Below, piece by piece: positions 24,661 to 32,000 of a DNA stretch of 32,000 nucleotides; positions within the stretch are counted from its first letter, which is position 1; each line of letters starts with the position of its first letter. The notes under the pieces are model-generated. The model had not been told where the DNA came from, searched no databases, and saw only the letters and a program-made list of their open reading frames with translations. Source of the DNA: Formosa sp. Hel1_33_131 (GTDB taxonomy: Bacteria; Bacteroidota; Bacteroidia; Flavobacteriales; Flavobacteriaceae); assembly GCF_001735745.1 (NCBI RefSeq), contig NZ_CP017260.1, positions 1,740,001 to 1,772,000 on the forward strand, written 5' to 3'. The position numbers and the translations under genes were made by a program.

Positions 24661-26844
24661 ATGAATAAATATATATTGAGCATAATGCTCACAGTTATTA
24701 CCTGCTTTTCAATAAAAGCACAAACATCTTATTTAAAAATAAAAGTAATTTCAGAATCCGAAAACGAGCCTTTATTTGGCGCAACAGTTTATTTTGAGGA
24801 GTTAGAAAAAGGAGCAGTAACCGACTTTGATGGAATTGTAACTTTTACCAAAATTCCAAACGGAAAACATATCGCAATAATTTCTTATTTAGGTTTTGAA
24901 ACTCTCAAAACAACTATTCAAGCACCAATAAATTCAACTTTAATTTTCAAATTAAAAAATAGTGGAAACCAATTAGACGAAATTGTGTTACAATCTTCAC
25001 GAAGCACAAGAACAGTTAAGAAAATTCCCACAAGAATAGAGTTTATTGGCACAGAAGAATTGGGAGAAAAAGCAATTATGAACCCAACAAACATTTCGAT
25101 GGTTCTTCGTGAAAGTACAGGAATACAAATGCAACAAACTTCTTTAAGTAGTGGAAATACAAATATCAGAATTCAAGGACTTGACGGACGCTATACGCAA
25201 CTTTTAAGAGATGGATTTCCACTTTATGGCGGTTTTTCAAGTGGCTTGAGCATATTACAAATTCCACCATTAGATTTACAACAATTTGAAATTATTAAAG
25301 GAAGTTCATCAACACTTTATGGTGGTGGAGCAATTGCAGGTTTAATAAATATGGTTTCAAAAACACCAGATGAAGAACCAGCTTTGGATATTATGCTAAC
25401 ACAAACCCAAGCATTAGGAAGTACAGCAAATGTATTCTACAGCAAACGAAATGAGAAATTTGGTGTTTCACTTTACGCTTCTGGTCATTCTCAAAAAGTT
25501 TACGACCCAGAAAATGATGGTTTTAGTAATTTACCAAAAACTACATCAATTTCATTCAACCCAAAATTCTTTTATTATCCATCAGAAAAAACAACGTTTT
25601 GGTTTGGTTTAAATGGAACTTACGATGACAGAATTGGTGGAGATGTAACAAAAATTGAAAGCGGAGAAAATGGAATTCATCAATATACAGAAGAAAACAT
25701 ATCAAAAAGAGTAAGCAGTCAAGCAGTTTATAAAACGCAAATAGATTCAATAAGCTCATTAAATATAAAAAATAGTATTTCATTTTTCGATAGAAATCTT
25801 ACTATTCCAGGTTTTAGTTTTGATGGTAAACAATTCAATACGTTTACAGAAGTTACCTATAAAAAAACTTCTTTAAAAACAGATTGGATTTTTGGAGCAA
25901 ACTTATACACTTCAAACTTTGATGAAAATAATAATGCAACTTTACAACGTGACCAAACAGATATAACTTATGGAATGTTTGCAAACAGCATTCTTGATAT
26001 TTCAGATAATTGGATTTTAGAAACTGGATTGCGAGCAGATTACAATACTGATTTCGGTATTTTTCCACTTCCAAAAATTTCTTTGCTTTATAAAAATGAT
26101 AGCGGATTTTCATGCAGAATTGGTGGTGGTTTAGGCTACAAAATTCCAGATATTTTTACAGAAGAGGCTGAATTTATCAATTTTGAAAATGTAATTGGCA
26201 TTGATAAATCTTCATTAAAAGCAGAACGTTCTTATGGTGTAAATCTTGATTTCAATTATCAAACACGTTTATTTGAAACCATTGGTTTTTCCATTAATCA
26301 ACTTTTTTATGTTACAGCGATTAATAACGGATTGTTATTAAATAGTACAAATAACGGTTTGTTTGCATTTGAAAATGCAACTGACGAAATTTTAAGCAAA
26401 GGAGCAGAAACAAATATTAAGTTTACTTATAAAGATTTTAGATGGTTTTTAAATTATGCACTTATAGACACGAAACTGAACTATTTGGCAGGAAATCCAC
26501 AAAAACCATTGACAGCAAAACATAACGCAGGAAGTGTATTAATGTACGAATCTGATAAATGGCGAATTGGTTACGAGACATTTTATACAGGAAAGCAGTT
26601 TTTATCAAACGGAACTGAAACGACAGATTTTGTCACAATGGGATTATTGTTAATGCGAAACTTTAAATTTGGTAGTGCTTTTGTGAATTTTGAAAATTTC
26701 ACAGACAGACGACAAAGTAGGTTTTCGCCTTTGGTTTTACCACCACACGAAAATCCAGAATTTCCAGAAATTTATGCACCAACAGACGGCTTTATTTTTA
26801 GCGTAGGAATTATTATTAAACCATTTGGTAACGAAGAACATTAA
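24661..26844 (+). CDS. TonB-dependent outer-membrane receptor with N-terminal carboxypeptidase-regulatory-like domain
   Basis: Signal peptide, CarbopepD_reg-like beta sandwich (GATVYFEELEKGAVTDFDGIVTF), plug (IEFIG..., IRIQGLDGRYTQLLRDGFP), a long beta-barrel, and a terminal aromatic-rich strand. Confidence 0.9.
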   Translation: MNKYILSIMLTVITCFSIKAQTSYLKIKVISESENEPLFGATVYFEELEKGAVTDFDGIVTFTKIPNGKHIAIISYLGFETLKTTIQAPINSTLIFKLKNSGNQLDEIVLQSSRSTRTVKKIPTRIEFIGTEELGEKAIMNPTNISMVLRESTGIQMQQTSLSSGNTNIRIQGLDGRYTQLLRDGFPLYGGFSSGLSILQIPPLDLQQFEIIKGSSSTLYGGGAIAGLINMVSKTPDEEPALDIMLTQTQALGSTANVFYSKRNEKFGVSLYASGHSQKVYDPENDGFSNLPKTTSISFNPKFFYYPSEKTTFWFGLNGTYDDRIGGDVTKIESGENGIHQYTEENISKRVSSQAVYKTQIDSISSLNIKNSISFFDRNLTIPGFSFDGKQFNTFTEVTYKKTSLKTDWIFGANLYTSNFDENNNATLQRDQTDITYGMFANSILDISDNWILETGLRADYNTDFGIFPLPKISLLYKNDSGFSCRIGGGLGYKIPDIFTEEAEFINFENVIGIDKSSLKAERSYGVNLDFNYQTRLFETIGFSINQLFYVTAINNGLLLNSTNNGLFAFENATDEILSKGAETNIKFTYKDFRWFLNYALIDTKLNYLAGNPQKPLTAKHNAGSVLMYESDKWRIGYETFYTGKQFLSNGTETTDFVTMGLLLMRNFKFGSAFVNFENFTDRRQSRFSPLVLPPHENPEFPEIYAPTDGFIFSVGIIIKPFGNEEH

Positions 26845-26849
26845 AAATT

Positions 26850-26990
26850 ATGCAAAAAATAGAACAATTTTTAGACTCAAAAAATATTAGAGTTACAGCA
26901 ATGCGATTATTGATTTATAAGTTTCTTGCCGAAAAACAAGTTGCTGTAACATTAAGCGATATAGAAAATGCTTTCGAAAAAGCAGTCTAA
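26850..26990 (+). pseudogene. 5' fragment (46 codons) of a Fur-family metalloregulator gene
   Basis: MQKIEQFLDSKNIRVTAMRLLIYKFLAEKQVAVTLSDIENAFEKA then V-stop. This matches the N-terminal winged-helix start of Fur/Zur-like repressors but lacks the rest of the DNA-binding and metal-binding domains. Confidence 0.65.
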
Positions 26991-27156
26991 CTTACACTCG
27001 TTACTTAAGTATTTTAAAGGAAGGAGAATTGTATATCGTCCAAGTTAAGTGGATCGTCAAAAGAAGAAATTGAGCTGCAACTTCTGTCAATAGGGGGAGG
27101 GGAAATCAAAATTCAAACATCTCAACCTCCTTATTTTAATTTCTTAATTTTGACTC

Positions 27157-27693
27157 ATGTCAAGCACTAATTCAAAAGATAAAGACAAACCTTCAAAAAG
27201 AATTGAATACCGAGGGAAAAATGTCCGAGTTTCAAGAACAGGAGGTGTTTCTGCAACGAAAACATTTAAGGGTGATGGAATTGGTGCTACCATAAACACC
27301 AAACACGGACTTCGTCTTCACAAACGATTATTTAAGGGTGCAAGAATGGGTTTCCAAAACGGTAACTTTCAGTTTATTGGGAGGTATAAAAGTGGCCCAT
27401 TCAATTTCAATGTCTCAAAAAACGGATTAAGTACATCCTTAAAAAATAAACGAGGTTCCTATAACATCTTCAAACCCAATTATTCCAGTTTCAAATTAGG
27501 TGGTGTTCAAGTAAGAGGAAAAAACGCTGCTACTTTTCAAATGATCTACATGGTGATCATTCTCTTTGTTAATTTCATTAAAGTATTTTGGCACATTTTC
27601 ATCTCTTTTTTGTGGTTTGGTTTTTTATCCATTAAATGGATTGTAGACTTTACAATTGGATTTTTCAAAGGTTTTAAAGAAATTGATTCTTAA
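27157..27693 (+). CDS. DUF4236-like protein with C-terminal transmembrane region
   Basis: Repeated basic beta-hairpin-like segments (VRVSRTGGVSATK, NVSKNGLSTSLKNKRGSYN) and two C-terminal hydrophobic helices. Confidence 0.5.
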   Translation: MSSTNSKDKDKPSKRIEYRGKNVRVSRTGGVSATKTFKGDGIGATINTKHGLRLHKRLFKGARMGFQNGNFQFIGRYKSGPFNFNVSKNGLSTSLKNKRGSYNIFKPNYSSFKLGGVQVRGKNAATFQMIYMVIILFVNFIKVFWHIFISFLWFGFLSIKWIVDFTIGFFKGFKEIDS

Positions 27694-27754
27694 TAATTCA
27701 GAAATATTAATGATAACAAGTTTGATTGAAATTTACAAAAATAAATCTCGAGTC

Positions 27755-27817
27755 TGTGTTAGATTTTTGTGCTACAAAATCCTATGAATTACCATTAAAT
27801 GCAGGTTTTGTGTTAGA
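27755..27817 (+). repeat. two direct copies of TGTGTTAGA (candidate arm-type sites), right arm
   Basis: TGTGTTAGA at 27755-27763 and 27809-27817, in the same orientation as the left-arm copies. Confidence 0.55.
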
Positions 27818-27882
27818 ACTAAAAACACCTTCCTTTTTTTAATTTATATTCAAATAAACCTTGTAGAACTTAAAAACTATCT

Positions 27883-27890
27883 TATATTTG
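27883..27890 (+). promoter_or_regulatory. TATATTTG -7 box (with cTTG 19 nt upstream) driving the intact tRNA-fMet
   Basis: Matches TAnnTTTG, 10 nt before tRNA position 1. Confidence 0.55.
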
Positions 27891-27898
27891 CAGTCTAA

Positions 27899-27973
<75 letters not shown>

Positions 27974-28004
27974 CAAAAGGCTAAAAAGCCATTAAGTCAA
28001 TGAT

Positions 28005-28040
28005 AATGCGGTTTCTGATTACTTGGAAACCGCATTTTTT
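28005..28040 (+). terminator. intrinsic terminator downstream of the tRNA
   Basis: 11-bp stem aatgcggtttc / gaaaccgcatt with a 10-nt loop, then tttttt. It occupies the upstream extension of the integrase ORF. Confidence 0.75.
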
Positions 28041-29330
28041 ATGCCTAGATTAGTCGATATTTTAAAAACGGTACACGGTACGGTACACGATTTTGACAAA
28101 GTGAAACCAAAGAGAAAATATTCAGAACCTAAGATTTACACTGGAGGTGTAGATGTTTCTAAATGGAATAAATTATCTAAAGAGGAACAAAAAAAAGCCT
28201 TGTCAAAACAATGGTACCTATATTATTCTTATCGTAATCCGGAAACAGGTAAGCTAGAAAGACAGGATAATATAAAGGATGGTAATTACTACAAGACTAA
28301 AGAGGAACGTTTAGAATTTTTAGAAACACTTAAAAGGAATTTATCTCGATTATTAAAACAAGGTTACAATCCTTTTGATGATACCAAAGATGTTGAAGAA
28401 ATAATGTCAGTTGAGAATGCTATTGAATTTGCCTTAGATATTAAAAGAAAGACTACTGCAGAAAATTCATATATCAGATTTAAATCTAGAATTAATCGAT
28501 TTAAGACATATTTATTTGAAAATGGATATTCGCATCGGTTTATGACCTCAGTCGATAAAAAAATAGTGATGAAGTACCTGAACCACGTTTTAGATACTTC
28601 CAGTCCAAGAAATAGAAATAATACTCGTACAGATATAAGTTCATTGTTTCAAGTGTTAGAAGATAACGATATCATTCCTTTAAATTTTGTTTCTAAAATC
28701 AATGTTTTAAAAGCACCACCAAAAAGGAATAAAACTTATTCGAATGATAAACTTGAACTCATCTATGAGTATTTAGCAGAAAAGGATCCTCAATTACTTC
28801 TTTTCATTAAGTTCGTTTCATATAATTTCTTGCGCCCTGTTGAAGTGTGTAGGCTACGAGTTGGTGATATTAATATAAAAGAAAAAACACTTACAGTAAA
28901 GGCTAAAAACAAACCATTAAAGCAAAAAATAATTCCTAAAATATTACTCGATCAGTTGCCTGACTTATCTGAATATAGTAAAGATGATTTTATTTTTTCT
29001 TATAGCCGTTCTCCTGGTAAATGGGATGCTACTGATGATAATAGAAGAGATCATTTTACTAAACGTTTCAAATCCTTAAAAGACTTTTTTTCAAAGAAGT
29101 CCAAAACAGATGATAAGTACTTTAAGCTTGGGATTGAGTATAATATTTATTCGTTTAGGCACACTTTTATAACCAAGCTATACCGTGAGATACGAAAAGA
29201 AATGACACCTTTTGAAACGAAAAGTAAGTTAATGTTAATTACTGGCCATAGCACTATGACAGCTCTTGAAAAGTATTTGCGTGATATTGATGCCGAATTA
29301 CCTGAAGATTACTCTAATTTGATTAAATAA
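28041..29330 (+). CDS. tyrosine site-specific integrase (Bacteroidota phage-type)
   Basis: N-terminal arm-binding-like WYLYYSYRNPETGKL; LRPVEVCRLRVGDI (R), YSFRHTFITKLY (RH) and GHSTMTALEKYL (H...Y). The start is set at the MPRLV Met because 28023-28040 is the terminator. Confidence 0.9.
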   Translation: MPRLVDILKTVHGTVHDFDKVKPKRKYSEPKIYTGGVDVSKWNKLSKEEQKKALSKQWYLYYSYRNPETGKLERQDNIKDGNYYKTKEERLEFLETLKRNLSRLLKQGYNPFDDTKDVEEIMSVENAIEFALDIKRKTTAENSYIRFKSRINRFKTYLFENGYSHRFMTSVDKKIVMKYLNHVLDTSSPRNRNNTRTDISSLFQVLEDNDIIPLNFVSKINVLKAPPKRNKTYSNDKLELIYEYLAEKDPQLLLFIKFVSYNFLRPVEVCRLRVGDINIKEKTLTVKAKNKPLKQKIIPKILLDQLPDLSEYSKDDFIFSYSRSPGKWDATDDNRRDHFTKRFKSLKDFFSKKSKTDDKYFKLGIEYNIYSFRHTFITKLYREIRKEMTPFETKSKLMLITGHSTMTALEKYLRDIDAELPEDYSNLIK

Positions 29331-29332
29331 GT

Positions 29333-30508
29333 ATGAATCTAAAATTAAGAGATAAAATTCGTAAAGCAATAGGCAAATTAAGAAATGAACGTTTTGAGAA
29401 TTTTGCCAATGATATTCTGAGACGAGAGTATTTTCAATTTGGCACATTGGAAACTATGGTTAATAAGGAAGGTAACCAAAGAAAATCCAAACCAGATGCT
29501 CATATATTTTGGGAGAAAGAAAACAAGTATTTTATTTTCAATCATACTATTGAAGGAAAAAGCAAAATCATTAAGGACATTAACGATACTCTTAATGGAA
29601 AAATACCAACCAATTTAATTTACAAGTATGTTACCTGTACTAATCATCCAGTAGGAGAAGAAAGATATGAATACGAAAGTTTCGTTAAGGAGATTGGTTG
29701 TAAATACGAGGTATTATCGTTAGACCGACTAACAGACCTCTCTCTAAAATATAAAAACATCCTCATCAATCATTTAGGTATTGATTATCAAGAAGAAATT
29801 TCTTTTAAACTATTTGACTGCGGACACCGTATCAAATCTATAAGAGTAGAGCGTGAAATTTCAAAAAGTCAGTTTATAGAATTAGTTGATATTAAAAGCG
29901 AAAAAGAACTAGAGAATATTGAAAACAATGTTTTAGAGTGTTCAAGTGAACTTATTCTAGAGGTATCAAAACTTACTGATGTAAATATCGATTGGATAAA
30001 ACACGGTACCGGAAAAAAGTATTCTAAGCTTTCTATATATGATTTATTCAATACTAATGTTTACGACCTTATTAAGCAAGGTAGATCAGTTCAGAAAGTG
30101 ATTATTTGTGTTGAGCCTAACAATATGAATTTGTCATTCCTGTTCAAGTTTACAGATTATAAAATTGGCATTATTGCTAAATATTCTAATTATGCTTTTT
30201 GGAATCATGATGAATATTTTAGAGAGACTGGCTATGTTGTAGACCTTCTCAATGAATTGAAAAAGATTTACGACAAATACTCGCATAATGTTTATGGAAG
30301 AATAATAAGTGAAGAAGATTCTAAATTAATTCACACATATAATTGTTTTCCAAAAGCTATTGTAGACAAACTTCAAGATGATGGAAATTTCTTTGTTGAA
30401 TCACTATTTGAAGATGAATTATCAGAGAAATCATATTACAGAAAATATCAATGGTTTATGGAGTTTCATAAACTATACAGAAGCCACATTCTAAATATTG
30501 AAGACTAA
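29333..30508 (+). CDS. hypothetical 391-aa protein with a central XRE-type HTH
   Basis: GHRIKSIRVEREISKSQFIELVDIKSEKELENIENNVLECSSELILEVSKLTDVNIDWIKHG matches the XRE HTH pattern. The flanking N- and C-terminal domains are unrecognised. Confidence 0.6.
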   Translation: MNLKLRDKIRKAIGKLRNERFENFANDILRREYFQFGTLETMVNKEGNQRKSKPDAHIFWEKENKYFIFNHTIEGKSKIIKDINDTLNGKIPTNLIYKYVTCTNHPVGEERYEYESFVKEIGCKYEVLSLDRLTDLSLKYKNILINHLGIDYQEEISFKLFDCGHRIKSIRVEREISKSQFIELVDIKSEKELENIENNVLECSSELILEVSKLTDVNIDWIKHGTGKKYSKLSIYDLFNTNVYDLIKQGRSVQKVIICVEPNNMNLSFLFKFTDYKIGIIAKYSNYAFWNHDEYFRETGYVVDLLNELKKIYDKYSHNVYGRIISEEDSKLIHTYNCFPKAIVDKLQDDGNFFVESLFEDELSEKSYYRKYQWFMEFHKLYRSHILNIED

Positions 30509-31123
30509 CTAAAATATCTTTTTATGGACCTTTACGCCATAACTGATGTCTTTTGTAATCAAATTATATTGAGCGCCAACACCAAACCCAAAGTCGCCTT
30601 TATTGATATAGTTAATTGAAGCCTCTACGCTTTCAATACCTCGAATAGGGCTTAAATTTACACCAGGAGAAAGATAGAACCCTGAGCCATACTTAACAAT
30701 CTTTTTTTCAATAGTATTGGTAATAGTTTTTACATCAACTTCTGCAGTAACCTTATTTTGATATACGGTGCCATCTGAAAGTATCTCGCTATAAATCTTA
30801 GCATTCTCCAAATGAGTAGTGTCTTGATACTTATTTAAGTTTTTAACCAAATCTTCATCTCCTTTAGGAATGGGAGTATCTTTATAAACCGGAACTACTC
30901 GATCTTTGTAAATTATAGTAGGCTGTTGAATAGGCTGTTGTAATTGCAACTTATTATTAATAGCTTCTTCTACTACTTTTTTTATATCAATAGTAGTAGT
31001 TTCTTTTTCAGTTACGACCTCTCTTTCAGGTTTTAATAAAAACTGATATGTGCCAAATAAAATCAATGCAATAAGAGCGATATCCTTAACATCGATACTA
31101 AATTTCCTGTTTAGATTATTCAC
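30509..31123 (-). CDS. hypothetical membrane-anchored protein with beta-rich C-terminus ending in Phe
   Basis: N-terminal TM helix IALIALILFGTYQFLL. The C-terminal alternating pattern ...YGVKVHKKIF is reminiscent of an outer-membrane beta signal. Confidence 0.45.
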   Translation of the reverse strand: MNNLNRKFSIDVKDIALIALILFGTYQFLLKPEREVVTEKETTTIDIKKVVEEAINNKLQLQQPIQQPTIIYKDRVVPVYKDTPIPKGDEDLVKNLNKYQDTTHLENAKIYSEILSDGTVYQNKVTAEVDVKTITNTIEKKIVKYGSGFYLSPGVNLSPIRGIESVEASINYINKGDFGFGVGAQYNLITKDISYGVKVHKKIF

Positions 31124-31125
31124 GA

Positions 31126-31446
31126 CTAGAACTGATTTTGCAAAGCCTGTATGTAGGTCTTTGGCGTTTGTACACTTTTAATCACACTAACTGGTTTGCC
31201 GTCTTTGAAAATAACAAAAGTAGGTACCGTTTTAAAGCTCAATTCTTTGCTCAATTCATTTACAGGATAAACATCTGCAGCTGCTGAAAAATATACTATA
31301 GGTATATTAGGTAACTTTTGCTCAACTTTTGGCATTAAGGCTTTTACTTCATCACATCTGCTACAAGGTGTAGGATTTGTAAAAAGTATAGCACATACTT
31401 TATTCTTTAAAAGTTTCGGGTAATCTGATTGCTTTAATTCTTTCAT
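31126..31446 (-). CDS. thioredoxin-fold protein (CxxC = CSRC)
   Basis: 106 aa; the CSRC motif after a beta strand, and the cis-Pro motif TVPTFVIFKDGK. Confidence 0.75.
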   Translation of the reverse strand: MKELKQSDYPKLLKNKVCAILFTNPTPCSRCDEVKALMPKVEQKLPNIPIVYFSAAADVYPVNELSKELSFKTVPTFVIFKDGKPVSVIKSVQTPKTYIQALQNQF

Positions 31447-31457
31447 CTTATTTAGGT

Positions 31458-32000
31458 TTAAAATTCTTTTAATAATGCATAATCAACAAGCTTATTCCGT
31501 TTCCAAACAGCATTAACCATTTGACGATAATCGCCCATTCTATTCCATACTTGACACGCAAAAGACCATCCATTTATAAAGTCTTTTTTTGCTACGCTAT
31601 AAGGGTTGTAATCAACTCCGTGCATATTTGCATAGATGATTTCAAAGTGTAATTCTCCTTGCTCTTCTGAAAATTTGTCTTTATCGGAATCTCTATAATA
31701 ATAGATTGGCTTGTTTTGGCGTAAAGCTCTCATTCTGCCTTTATGATAACCACGTTTAAATAGGTTAGGATAGAATACATCTGTTTTCCAAATAGCAGCA
31801 CCAGGAAGATTGTATTGGTCATAAAAATATAATGCCGTTTTTCCTGCATTGGTAGTTCCAGAACTTACTTGTTTGAAATCAAGACCATCAAAGACATAGA
31901 ATTTATCATCAAACACATTAAAGGCATCTTCTTGGGATTGCACGCCAATTATTAGATACTTTCCTCTATTTGGGATTGTACCACCTATACGTTCAACTTG
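31458..32000 (-). CDS. hypothetical protein, possibly a YkuD-like cell-wall-active enzyme; N-terminus probably outside the window
   Basis: The frame stays open upstream of the GTG at 31943 to the window edge (...GKYLIIGVQSQ...). The pattern IIG-x-Q, TTNAG, ALRQ, YRDSDKD, NMHG and SFACQV resembles phage/T6SS-type L,D-transpeptidase-fold proteins. Weak assignment. Confidence 0.35.
   Translation of the reverse strand, partial: QVERIGGTIPNRGKYLIIGVQSQEDAFNVFDDKFYVFDGLDFKQVSSGTTNAGKTALYFYDQYNLPGAAIWKTDVFYPNLFKRGYHKGRMRALRQNKPIYYYRDSDKDKFSEEQGELHFEIIYANMHGVDYNPYSVAKKDFINGWSFACQVWNRMGDYRQMVNAVWKRNKLVDYALLKEF

Larger units (their letters stand above)
27974..32000. mobile_element. second integrase-led element (prophage-like or island), left end at the tRNA 3' end, right end outside the window
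   Basis: Classic tRNA-then-integrase arrangement, followed by HTH, thioredoxin-like and cell-wall/lysis-like genes. Confidence 0.6.

Noticed and set aside
25430-26113. Alternative-frame and antisense ORFs within the TonB-dependent receptor gene.
   Set aside because: They are shadows of a 727-aa gene with a clear plug and barrel.
23885-26996. 12-bp direct repeat gtctaacttaca at 23885-23896 (inside the DUF2779 remnant) and 26985-26996 (exactly at the Fur truncation point), which could mark an insertion of the cargo patch.
   Set aside because: The DUF2779 reading frame continues uninterrupted across the left copy into the supposed insert. The sequence beyond the right copy does not continue either gene. 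Chance 12-mer matches are expected in 32 kb of AT-rich DNA.
26991-27156. Possible small ORFs or a gene remnant between the Fur fragment and the DUF4236 gene (for example the frame ...SSKEEIELQLLSIGGGEIKIQ...).
   Set aside because: No start codon, stops in all frames nearby, and no recognisable family.
28023-28040. Upstream extension of integrase 2 (METAFF...).
   Set aside because: These codons are the 3' arm and T-tract of the tRNA terminator hairpin. The Met at 28041 is the more plausible start.

Overview
Flavobacteriia-type (Bacteroidota) chromosome segment. The assignment rests on a gldK-gldL-gldM-gldN operon, TAnnTTTG -7 promoter boxes and AT-rich coding. 1-16.0 kb is ordinary core genome: a partial sigma-54 activator, miaB, a membrane protein, topA, an arginase-family gene, the T9SS/gliding core gldKLMN, an FAD oxidoreductase, DUF983, an ABC-F ATPase and a CPXCG protein. 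16.07-32.0 kb is accessory DNA organised around a single initiator tRNA-Met gene (27901-27973). Upstream of the tRNA lies an ~11.9-kb integrative island (16070-27939). It is bounded by a perfect 41-nt direct repeat that is the 5' half of the tRNA, not the usual 3' half. The island has three parts. (a) A tightly packed minus-strand module: ParB-fused DNA methyltransferase, an orphan 516-aa protein with polymerase-like palm motifs, an Xis-like HTH protein and a tyrosine integrase. (b) A small regulatory module: a 185-aa DNA-binding-like protein facing an RHH gene. (c) A serine recombinase translationally coupled to a membrane HExxH protein, preceded by a GC-rich, hairpin-dense ~270-bp element with three copies of a 12-mer. 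The island also carries a low-GC cargo patch (DUF6660 + TonB-dependent receptor) whose flanking genes (DUF2779, Fur-family) are truncated. Immediately downstream of the tRNA a second integrase-led element begins and runs off the window: integrase, a 391-aa HTH protein, thioredoxin-like and cell-wall/lysis-like genes. No rRNA or CRISPR array was seen. All functional calls come from reading the translations and motifs by eye. No database search was possible.
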